A stretch of DNA of 38,404 nucleotides from Octopus sinensis (taxonomy: Eukaryota). The notes beneath the pieces were generated by a model, which ran no database searches, was not told the origin of the DNA, and saw only the letters and a list, made by a program, of their open reading frames with translations. The position numbers and the translations under genes were made by a program. Of the stretch, positions 10,920 to 20,458 are shown piece by piece (the first letter of the stretch is position 1; the number at the start of each line of letters is the position of its first letter). Where the stretch lies: contig NW_021835787.1 in assembly GCF_006345805.1 (NCBI RefSeq), positions 1 to 38,404 on the forward strand, in the 5' to 3' direction.

Positions 10920-12250
10920 AGTGAAGGCACATGGTTCAGTGGTTGGGGTATACGATTCCTGATCTTAAGGCCATGAGTTCAATTCATGGTGACACACTGT
11001 GTCCTTGAGCGAGACACTTCATTTCTTGTTCTTCCAGTCCACTCAGCTGGCAAAAGTGAGTAGTACATGTATTTAAAAGGGCCAGCCTTGTCATGCGCTG
11101 TGTCATGCTGAATCTCCCCCAAAACTACATTAAGGTTAAGGCAGAGAGCTGGCAGAATCGTTAGCACGTCGGGCGAAATGCTTAGCGGTATTTCGTCTGC
11201 CGCTACGTTCTGAGTTCAAATTCCACTGAGGTCAACTTTGATTTTCATCCTTTCGGGGTCGAATCAATAAGTACCAGTTATGCACTGGGGTCGATATAAT
11301 CGACTTAATCCGTTTGTCTGTCCTTGTTTGTCCCCTCTATGTGTTTAGCCCCTTGTGGGTAGTAAAGAAATAGGTATTTCGTCTGCCGGTTCGTTCTGCG
11401 TTCAAATTCCGCCGAGGTCGACTTTGCCTTTCATCCTTTCGGGGTCGATAAATTAAGTACCAGTTATTCACTGGAGTTGATATAATCGACTTAATACCTA
11501 TGTCTATCCTTGTTTGTCCCCTCTGTGATTAGCCCCTTGTGGGTAGTAAAGAAATAGGTATTTTGTCTGCTGCTACGTTCTGAGTTCAAATTCCGCCGAG
11601 GTCGACTTTGCCTTTCATCCTATCAGGGTTGATTAAATAAGTACCAGTTACGCACTGGGGTTGATATAATCGACTTAATCCGTTTGTCTGTCCTTCTTTG
11701 TCCTCCCTGTGTTTAGCCCCTTGTGGGTAGTAAAGAAATAGGTATTTCGTCTGCTGCTACGTTCTGAGATCAAATTCCGCTGAGGTCAACTTTGCCTTTC
11801 ATCCTTTCGGGGTCGATTAAATAAGTACCAGTTACACACTAGGGGTCGATATAATCGACTTAATCCGTTTGTCTGTCCTTGTTTGTCCCCTCTGTGTTTA
11901 GCCCCTTGTGGGTAATAAAGAAATAGGTATTTCGTCTGCCGCTACGTTCTGAGTTCAAATTCCACTGAGGTCAACTTTGCCTTTCATCCTTTCGGGGTCG
12001 ATTAAATAAGTACCAGGAGTTTGATATAATAAGTAACTAGGGTTTGATATAATCGACTTAATCCTTTTGACTGTCCTTCTTTGTCCCCTCTGTGTGTAGC
12101 CCCTTTGTGGGCAATAAAGAAATAAGAACCACATCAAGGTTACGTGTGTCTGTGGAGTTCTCAGCCACTTGTACATTAATTTCAAAAAGCAGGCTGTTCC
12201 CTTGATCGGATCAACTGGAACCCTCATCGTTGTAAGTAACGGATTGCCAG
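10920..12250 (+). mobile_element. Family C-type tRNA-derived SINE (10920-11138 plus 12143-12250) interrupted by the family B pentamer
   Basis: Head GTGAAGGCACATGGTTCAGTGGTT, domain GTGTCCTTGAGCGAGACACTTCATTTC...CCAGTCCACTCAGCTGGCAAAAGTGAGTA shared with the 15345-15995 copies. Confidence 0.7.
11139..12126 (+). mobile_element. Family B SINE pentamer, period 184-186 bp, flanked by 16-bp TSD
   Basis: GTATTT unit starts at 11188, 11374, 11558, 11742, 11927. AACTACATTAAGGTTA (11123-11138) vs AACCACATCAAGGTTA (12127-12142). Confidence 0.9.
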
Positions 12251-12503
12251 TTAATACAAAAACAAAGTGAATATGTAAGGATTACATTTGTGAAAATAAC
12301 CTCTTTTACTCTTTACTCTTTTACTTGTTTCAGTCATTTTGACTGTGGCCATGCTGGAGTACCGCCTTTAGTCGAGGAACTCGAACTCGGGACTTATTCT
12401 TTGTAAGCCTAGTACTTATTCTATCGGTCTCTTTTTGCCGGGGACATAAACACACCAGCATTGGTTGTCAAGCAATGCTAAGGGGACAAACAGAGACACA
12501 CAA

Positions 12504-12536
<33 letters not shown>

Positions 12537-12685
12537 CATACATATATACGACAGGCTTCTTTCAGTTTCCGTCTACCAAATCCACTCACAAGGCATTAGT
12601 CGGCCCAGGGCTATAGCAGAAGACACTTGCCCAAGATGCCACGCAGGACTGAACCCGGAACCATGTAGTTGGTTAGCAAGCTACT

Positions 12686-14736
12686 TTATTTCATTTAATT
12701 TGCCACAAGGGCAGCACAAAGAGTAGCTACGGGCTGGACAAGGACATTAATGGATGATGGTGGTGATTGATGAATATGGTGATGGGAGAAGTCAGAAAGC
12801 ACCCGCCGACTTTTGCTTCTCTAAAACAATGTTCTTTTTTTTTTCCAATGATTTACAAAATTTCAAAAATTACAAAAATTTCAAAAAATTTTCACAAAAA
12901 TTTCAATTAACAATTTACACTTTTAAAAGTCTCTTCAGAGGCAATAAACCTCTGTCACAATGTAACACAATTACAATTTTACGTTACCTGACCGATGAAC
13001 TCTCTTGCTTTAATGACGCAATCGTCCATCGTCAGGCTTCCGCATACAGGTATGACTTGCAAGAGATCCTCCGGGAAAGAATTCTCGATCCTGCACATAT
13101 CATTTTCGAGTAGGACCTCCGCAGCCAGCTGCGAAGGCCACTCGGGATACTCCATGCAGGACCGAAGTCCCTCCCATTCGTTTCTCTTCCTCCTCTTACG
13201 TATTTCATTTTCTACAGTGCCTCCTTTATGGAAGAGGACTACATAAAATTTCTCCGGCATCACAATCGCCGGAGGACACCTGGGAGACGCCCTCTGGGTG
13301 TTACAATCCGCTGGTGGCGTCCCGTTCCTCTTTTTCTTTTTCTTTTTACTCTGGGCCTCGGGAGGTTGAGGTTCTGGTGCTATATGCACCGGGTCCTCTT
13401 TTTCTTCCGCAGCCTCCGGTTCCTTTGGTGGGTCGCCATTGCTTCCCACTCTTCTTTTTCTTTTGGAGGAGGATTTTTCCCCCTCCTCACTTTGTTTCTC
13501 TCCCTCCATTGGTGGGGCAGGGAGAGGCTCTGATATTAACTTCTCCAGGATCCTACTCTGGTTCCTGGGGCAGTTTTTCTTAATATGGCCGGTCTCCGAA
13601 CACAGGTGACACTTGGGGGCGCGTCCCTCTAACATCACCGGATACTTGGACCCGGCCATCTTCAGGAAGTCCGGCAAAACCAGACTCTTGGCCGACTGGG
13701 TCCTCAGAGTCAAAGTAGCCTTTGCCCCTTCCCAGTTAGCCGCAGGCTGCATTCTCACATTCAGGATCTTGGCGCTACCACCACTCAGACCCCGGCGGAT
13801 GGAATCTTCCACCCACTCGGGCTCAAAGCCGGGCGGCAGGCCGCAGACCCATAAACGTATCAATTTTTCCCCCTTATAGCTTGGGAGAAACAGAATCTCT
13901 TCGCCCTCAATGGGCTTACTCGCGAAATCGCAAGCTGCTTTAGGGGAGTCAAACAGCAACCAAATCGTTGCATATTTGGCTCCCCGTTGAATATGTTTAA
14001 CGGCTGGCATATAGTCTGCCAGCTCGTTCATAATTGTGTCTTTCGGAAAGACCATTATGGTGTCGAGTGACTTCGAAAATGTCCTCAGCACCACTGTCTT
14101 TTCCTCAAGTTCGTTCAAATATTTTTTGGGAGGTGTTAATTCCCACACTGTGAAATTCCTTGCCATAATGTAAGAAAAACGTAAGAAAGACAGTTCAAAA
14201 TGTTACAAAATAAATTAGACACAGAAAGGAGAATGAAAAGAGCAACAGAAGGGAAGAAATAAAATTAAAATGGCAGTTCAAAGAAAGTTTTTTACAAATG
14301 AATGATAGACGAAGAAAGAGAGTTCAAATTCAGACAAAGGAATTAATTTTCTTTTTTTTTTTTTGTTCACTTTTTCGGCCAAAAATTGTATTCCAGGCCA
14401 AGTATATGGTTGGTACAACACCTTGGTAAATAATCCTTGGTAAATCCGTGGATAACACAACGACAATTTCAAAAATAATTTTTGTAGACGGAATACGCCG
14501 CCTCAAAAACACAATTTTCTTCACACCCGACAACAGGCAGAAAAATTATATCCGGAGCAAAGTGGAGCCTTATTATCTGCTAAAAAAAATATTTAATGCT
14601 AAAAAACATTAATGCAAGCAATAAAACTTCACTAAACTCCCAAAAATACAAAACGCTTACCTGTAGTCGAGTCAAAAGTTCAAAAATTCACGTTAACACG
14701 TGACATTTGCCGGAGCAAAAAACAACACGTCTGTCT
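12686..14736 (-). mobile_element. Full-length ORF1-only non-LTR retroelement (HAL1/half-L1-like, L1/Tx1 lineage)
   Basis: TSD GGTTAGCAAGCTACT (12671-12685) / GGTAAG-AAGCTACT (14737-14750). ~570-bp 5' UTR starting AGACAGACGTG, single ORF, ~290-bp 3' UTR ending CCCTTGTGGCAAATTAAATGAAATAA. No EN or RT coding sequence. Confidence 0.85.
12979..14166 (-). CDS. LINE ORF1 (gag-like) nucleic-acid-binding protein, 395 aa, with putative RRM-like region and CCHC zinc knuckle
   Basis: Intact ATG-to-stop ORF. CX2CX4HX4C = CHLCSETGHIKKNC (13570-13611) preceded by ...VMLEGRAPK, as is typical of L1/Tx1 ORF1p; followed by a K/E/P-rich low-complexity linker. Confidence 0.88.
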   Translation of the reverse strand: MARNFTVWELTPPKKYLNELEEKTVVLRTFSKSLDTIMVFPKDTIMNELADYMPAVKHIQRGAKYATIWLLFDSPKAACDFASKPIEGEEILFLPSYKGEKLIRLWVCGLPPGFEPEWVEDSIRRGLSGGSAKILNVRMQPAANWEGAKATLTLRTQSAKSLVLPDFLKMAGSKYPVMLEGRAPKCHLCSETGHIKKNCPRNQSRILEKLISEPLPAPPMEGEKQSEEGEKSSSKRKRRVGSNGDPPKEPEAAEEKEDPVHIAPEPQPPEAQSKKKKKKRNGTPPADCNTQRASPRCPPAIVMPEKFYVVLFHKGGTVENEIRKRRKRNEWEGLRSCMEYPEWPSQLAAEVLLENDMCRIENSFPEDLLQVIPVCGSLTMDDCVIKAREFIGQVT

Positions 14737-14855
14737 GGTAAGAAGCTACTTACCACACAGCCACTCCTGCGCCCTGAACGCTAAAGTTTTAATTTCGGTT
14801 CTGTTGGGTGGATTTACCGATTCTTTCATTAATGTTTTTCCTTGTCTCTTTGCAG

Positions 14856-15084
14856 TGGCCCTTTGACCAACGGCTCTATGTCTTGTATCGTGTGGTGGTT
14901 GCTATGGGCTTCATTGCCTGGATTATTGCTGACGTCATTGACGAAACAGAGAAATTCTACAAAGACCGTTTCTGGATCTGGTTTATTTTCGCGACCAATT
15001 GGAGCTTCGTTCTGCTTACCCTCACGACTATCGTTGAGGCCATATGCTGCACTTACTACTGCGTAGCAGCGCGTGGTCTGCTGG
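14856..15084 (+). CDS. Internal coding exon of a rolling stone (rost)-like multipass membrane protein
   Basis: Pyrimidine tract TTTTTCCTTGTCTCTTTGCAG| and donor G|GTGAGT; 229 bp, phase 0 to phase 1. Peptide WPFDQRLYVLYRVVVAMGFIAWII...WIWFIFATNWSFVLLTL matches my recollection of the rost family pattern (Q)W...Y..YR......W....W.I..TNW. Confidence 0.8.
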
Positions 15085-15139
15085 GTGAGTACTTTGAGCT
15101 TGCTATTGTTACTGTTGTTGTTGTTGCATTTGTTGATGC

Positions 15140-15277
15140 ACTTTGCGTTTCATCCTTCCGGGGTCGATAAATTAAGGACCAGTTATGCACTGGGGTCGAT
15201 ATAATCGAGTAATCCGTTTGTCTGTCCTTGTTTGTCCTCTCTCTGTTTAGCCCCTTGTGGGCAGTAAAGAAATAGGT
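15140..15277 (+). mobile_element. Family B SINE, 5'-truncated
   Basis: Family B domain and tail. Confidence 0.8.
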
Positions 15278-15344
15278 GAAGCTCTTCAGTCTTGTAAAGC
15301 AAATTGACCGAGGTACAAGCCACTCCAGTATGTGTATGGCTGTG

Positions 15345-15995
15345 TGGAGGCGTGTGGCTTAGTGGTTAGGGTGTTGGACCCATGATCGTAAGGTAGTGGT
15401 TTCGATTCCTGGACCGGACGACACATTGTGTTCTTGAACAAAACTCTTCATTTCACATTGCTCCGGTCCACTCAGCTGGCAAAAGTGAATAATCCTGCGA
15501 GGCACTAGCATCCCATCCAGGTAGGGAATGCATACTCCAGGAAACCAGGAAACCAGCTCTTATGAGTCAGTATGACTCAAGAAGGTAACTTTTCCTTATT
15601 TGTGGAGGTATGTGGCTTAGTGGTTAGGGTGTTGGATTCATGATTGTGAGATTGCAGTTTCGATTCCTGGACCGGGAGACGCGTTGTGTTCTTGAGCAAA
15701 ACACTTCATTTCACGTTGCTCCGGTCCACTCAGCTGGCAAAAGTGAGTAATCCTGCGAGGCACTAGCATCCCATCCAGGTGGGGAATACATACACCATAG
15801 AAACCAGGAAACCAGCACTTATGAGTCAGTATGACTCAAGAAGGTAACTTTGCCTTATTTGTGGAGGCACATGGATTAGTGGTTAGGGTGTTGGATCCAT
15901 GATTGTGAGATTGCAGTTTCAATTCCTGGACCAGGTGACATGTTCTTGAGCAAAGCACTTCATTTCACATTGCTCCAGTCCACTCAGCTAGCAAC
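15345..15995 (+). mobile_element. Family C tRNA-derived SINE, 2.5 tandem copies (~255-bp period)
   Basis: GTGGAGG..TGG.TTAGTGGTTAGGGTGTTGGA...GTTTCGATTCCTGGACC (A/B boxes) at ~15345, 15601, 15860; tail GAAACCAGGAAACCAGC.CTTATGAG...GACTCAAGAAGG. Confidence 0.85.
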
Positions 15996-16287
15996 AAATA
16001 AGTACCAGTTAGGTACTGGGGGTCGATATAATCGACTTAATCCTTTGTCTGTCCTTGTTTGTCCCCTCTGTGTTTAGCCCCTTGTGGGTAGTAAAGAAAC
16101 AGGTATTTCGTCTGCCGCTACGTTCTGATTTCAAATTCCGCCGAGGTCGACTTTGCCTTTCATCCTTTCGGGGTCGATTAAATAAGTACCAGTTACGCAC
16201 TGGGGTCGATGTAATCGACTTAATCCGTTTGTCTGTCCTTGTTTGTCCTCTCTGTGTTTAGCCCCTTGTGGGTAGTAAAGAAATAGG
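15996..16287 (+). mobile_element. Family B SINE, ~1.5 units
   Basis: Family B match with a GAAACAG|GTATTTCG junction. Confidence 0.8.
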
Positions 16288-16647
16288 TCGAGCTCTTCAG
16301 CCCTGTAAAGCAAATTGACCAAGGTGAAGGCCACTCCAGTGTAAAACCTGCAGCTTACTGGTCACTGCAGCCGTTTTGGCCCACGGATCACTGAGGTCAG
16401 AGCGTCAAGTCCAAAGAACGAGATTCTATTATGTGAACTGCCTCTCACTTTAAAACAACTGAGTCCTGCATCATCAAGGACTGGTTTCCATAGCAACTCG
16501 AGGTCATGCCATTCTTTTATCATGATCTTTAGACTGAAAGAAACTGCCATCTTCTTACATGGGACTCTATGTGCGTAAGTGTGTAAATGTACATGTTTTC
16601 TTTTTATTTCTTGAATTCATTTGCTGTCAACCACTATATATATATAT

Positions 16648-16946
16648 TTGTTCCTTCTCAAGCCATGCCTGGCTCATAAGGGCCGGTTTCCCAGTTTCTT
16701 AGCGTATAGGTTCCCCACCTGGACGGGACGCCGGTCCGTCGCAGGTGAGCTGCAAGATGCAGGAGGAAAGAGGGAGAGAAAGTTGTGGCGAAAGAGTCAG
16801 CAGAAGTTTCGTCATCACCTTCTGCCGGAGCCACGTGGAGCTTATGTGTTTCGCCCATAAACACACACATCGCCCGGTCTGAGATTCGAACCCGTGATTC
16901 CTCAACCACGAGTCCGCTGCTGTAACCACTAGGCCATGTGCCTCCA
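16648..16946 (-). mobile_element. tRNA-derived SINE sharing the family C 3' tail
   Basis: Minus strand TGGAGGCACATGGCCTAGTGGTTA...GGGTTCGAATCTC (clear A and B boxes); tail CCAGGTGGGGAACC...GAAACTGGGAAACCGGCCCTTATGAGCC...GAGAAGG. Confidence 0.8.
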
Positions 16947-17241
16947 CTAAAACCCCCATACTAACCTAAAAGCAAAATACTAACTTTGTTACCATATTGG
17001 ACTACCAACCAAAGATTTTGGGTTCAAATCAATTTCAAGTATGTTGTATATAGGGGACAATGCATTCAAACATACATACCACATTTTACTTAACTGTTGC
17101 ATATAAGGACCAGGAAATAAAACCTTGAAATGTTGACTGAAATGGACTGGCCCCCTTTCCAGCAAAGTGATTCGTGTAACATCTTCGTAATGCTAGCAAA
17201 ATGGATCTAAATTCTAGGCCTTAAAGCCCTTTGGGGCTTAA

Positions 17242-17457
17242 CCCTCTTGGGACACCCAGGCTGCCTGAGCAGCCTAAGTGATACAAGCTGAAAGGACTTT
17301 GAGGCTGATCTATCGGCCTGATGGAACAAATGTTGTGAATGGTTGGTTTTGAAATGTAATAGCCAATCAGAGATCGTCTTTCAGTAGATGTATCTCAACA
17401 GAAAAAAGTTTTGTCCTTTTGGCTACACGTACCAAAACACTGTGTGTTGCAAAAGGG
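17242..17457. mobile_element. piggyBac-type MITE
   Basis: TTAA at 17238-17241 and 17458-17461; TIRs CCCTCTTGGGACAC vs reverse complement CCCTTTTGCAACAC. Confidence 0.55.
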
Positions 17458-17602
17458 TTAACAAACATCTACATATTTTGAACAATGCACCATATTTCTA
17501 AAGCAGGAGACCGTTTGGTCTTTTTTGATATTTTTAACTTACAAGAATGTGTTTACTTCATTTTTGTATCTGGTTTGCAAGATTCTTTATGTGAATTTGT
17601 GT

Positions 17603-17893
17603 GTTGAAACAAATTTTGTTGTGTCTGAGGAGAGCCGTACTGCCTTAGTATCTCACACACTCACTGGTTCAATTTCCACACATTTATTTTTTTTTTCTTT
17701 TGTGTGTCTTCCAAAGTTTTCCTTGCTTTTGCCACCTTGTCAGTGGGTGTTGGCATCCATTGACAAGGTGGCAAAATTAACGAAAATTTTGGAAAGGTAA
17801 AAATATAAATAAATTAGTGGAATTTGAACAGGTGAGTGTGTTAGATATTAAGGCAGTACGACTCTCTCCAGACACAGCAGAATGTGTTTAGTT
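17603..17893. mobile_element. Fold-back element (near-complete palindrome, ~140-bp arms), probable MITE
   Basis: TGTGTCTGAGGAGAGCCGTACTGCCTTAGTATCTCACACACTCAC pairs with GTGAGTGTGTTAGATATTAAGGCAGTACGACTCTCTCCAGACACA; inner stem 17727-17746 / 17757-17776. Confidence 0.8.
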
Positions 17894-17939
17894 AAATCTT
17901 TTACCATTTTTTGTTAGATGTTTGTTTTTTTGATTGAAA

Positions 17940-18478
17940 GTGTTAAAGCTAATATGTTTAGGTTGATAGTGTGCGTTCCAGTTGATAGTGTGCATTGTGG
18001 CTGATAATATATGTTCAGGTGAAAGTATTTGTTCAAAGTAATAGTATGTTTACAAGATGATAATATGTGCTCAGGGGGATAATGTGTACAGGCTGATAGT
18101 GTGGGTTCCAGCTGATAATAGGTGTTCTAACTGATAATGTGTTCAGGTTGATAGTATATGTTCTGATTGACAATATGTGCTTGAGCTGATAATGCATTTA
18201 GGCTGATAGCATGCATTCAAGGTAATAATATGTGTCCTAGTTGATAATATATGTTCTCACTGATAGAATGTGTTTATGCTTATAGTAAGTGTTCGAGATG
18301 ATAATGGGTGTGCTAGCTGATAATATTTGTTCAGATTGATAGTATGTGTTCTGACTGATAGAATGTTGTTCAGACTGATAATATGTATTGTAGCTGATAA
18401 TGTGTTATACCTCATAATGTGTTATACCTGATAGTACGAGTTCTGGCTGGTAGAATGTTGTTGCGACTGATAATATGT
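17940..18478. repeat. Degenerate ~19-bp minisatellite (CTGATAATATGTGTTCAGG-like), resuming at ~19030-19070
   Basis: Recurring CTGATAAT/TTGATAGT every ~19-20 bp. Confidence 0.8.
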
Positions 18479-19010
18479 ATTCATCATCATCATTTAACGT
18501 CCGCTTTCCATGCTGGCATGAGTTGGACGAATGACTGAGGTCTGGCGAATCAGATGGCTGTACCAGGCTCCAATCTGATCTGGCAGAGTTTCTACAGTTG
18601 GATGCCCTTCCTAATGCCAACCACTCCGAGAGTGTAGCGGGTGCTTTTATGTGCCACTGGCACAGGGCCAGTCAGGCGGTACTGGCAACAACCTCGCTTG
18701 AATCTTTTACACATGCCCCCAGCACAAGTGCCAGTAAGGTGATGTTGGTAACGATCACGCTCGAATGGTGCCTTTACGTGCCACCAGCATGCAAACCAGT
18801 TAGCCGCTCTGGCAACGATCACACTCGGATGGTGCTCTTAATACCCTACTAGCACAGGGCTCAAGTACCAGTAAGGTGACGCTGGTAACGATCACGCTCG
18901 AATGGTGCCTTTTATGTACCACTGGCATGGAAGCTGGTTAGCCGCTCTGTCAACGATCAAATACATGTGGTGCTCTTTGCACCTGCTAGCATGGACGCCA
19001 GTCATCGAAT
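18479..19010 (-). mobile_element. Family D element
   Basis: CATCATCATTTAACGTCCGCTTTCCATGCTGGCATG...GGATGCCCTTCCTAATGCCAACC plus internal repeats. Confidence 0.8.
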
Positions 19011-19664
19011 TCGATTTTGATTTTGATTTTAGCTGATAATGTGTTATACCTGATAGTATATGTTCTATCCTTTAACCTCTCGGCATAATGTATTTAATCA
19101 CTTTAACCCCACCTTATTCACCTGAACCTATGCACTAAATAATCTCTATATTTCAAAGTTAATGCAAGTGCTAGTTGTGTGAACATTTTTGCTGAAGGCA
19201 GTTTTAAAAGATATTTTGACTTTAGATATTTCATTTCTTCTCCTTTTCTTTACAGCAAGTTATTTATTATATTAAGTTCATGACCCACCTCTATTCAGAA
19301 TATAAATAAACCGGGAGTGCCACAACTTAAACTTGAAAGAAAATCAGATGAAAAATGTGACACAGACACAATGAAATATGTTTAAACACAGAATGATGTA
19401 TAGTAACATAAATTCTTTTAGGAAAATTAGTGATTTTTAGAGTTAGTCCTATAGATTATATTCAAACACTGAAAAGAAAAAAAAATGTTTGTTTTTTGGT
19501 TGGTATTCAGGCGATGAAGTCGTGGGCCCTTGTGGATAGGGTGTTGCACTCGTGAATGCAAAATCGGGCTTTTGGTTTCTGACTCGGACAATCGGTGCTG
19601 GTTTGTTTGTCCCCTCTGTAACTTTGCACTTCAGCAAAAGAGAACAACAGAATAAAAAAAAGTA

Positions 19665-20220
19665 GGAGGCGTAGGAGTGGCTGTGTGGTAAGTAGCTTGC
19701 TTACCAACCACATGGCTCCAGGTTCAGTCCTACTGCGTGGCACCTTGGGCAAGTGTCTTCTATGATAGCTTCGAGCTGACCAAAGCCTTGTGAGTGGGAT
19801 TGGAAGACGGAAACTGAAAGAAGCCCGTCGTATATATATATATATATATATATGGCACTTTGGGCAAGTGTCTTCGACCATAGCCTCAGGTCGAACAAAG
19901 CCTTGTGAGTGGATTTGGAAGACGGAAACTGAAAGATGCCCATCGTATATATGTATATGTGCGTGTGTACATATATATATGTGTGTGTGTGTTTGTGTGT
20001 GTGTGTTTGTGTGTCTGTGTTTGTCACCCCCAACATCGCTTGACAACCGATGCTGGTGTGTTTACGTCCCCGTAACTTAGCGGTTTGGCAAAAGAGACAG
20101 ATAGAATAAGTTCTAGGCTTACAAAGAATAAGTCCTGGGGGCGATTTCCTCGACTAAAGGCAGTGCTCCAGCATGGCCGCAGTCAAATGACTGAAACAAA
20201 TAGAAGAGTAAAAGAGAGTA
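19665..20220 (+). mobile_element. Family A SINE with duplicated core
   Basis: The core GGGCAAGTGTCTT...GAAACTGAAAG occurs twice. Confidence 0.85.
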
Positions 20221-20458
20221 CTGCATTGAGTCATGTGACTAAAACCTTACAAGGTGGTGCCCAGCCTGGTCGCAAGTGCAATGACCGAGACGTAAAAGAT
20301 AAGATATATCCATTACACAGACATAAATGGCTGTGTAAGTAGGATATGATCTGACATTTCTTGGTCTGATGGCTTCACTGCTGAAAAGGTGGGAATGGCA
20401 AATACCAGGATACCACTGAAACAGGTGAGGACTCACCTACTTAACAAGATCATTGTCC

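Larger units (their letters stand above)
12300..14773 (-). mobile_element. Family A SINE (12300-12685 plus 14737-14773) split in its tRNA-like head by the ORF1-only retroelement
   Basis: The intact head sequence GCAAGCTACT|TACCACACAGCCACTCCTGCGCC is interrupted exactly at the bar. Confidence 0.9.

Noticed and set aside
16354-16574. Open frame between CTGCAG| and |GTAAGT; overlapping 62-aa ORF on the minus strand
   Set aside because: Phase 0 start is incompatible with the phase 1 end of the rost-like exon; poor pyrimidine tract; peptide unrecognised.
19256-19400. Strong-looking acceptor TTTCTTCTCCTTTTCTTTACAG
   Set aside because: All frames hit stops within ~17 codons; no donor or recognisable peptide.
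20343-20425. Candidate exon ending AAACAG|GTGAGG
   Set aside because: Stops in every frame from the nearest AG acceptor.
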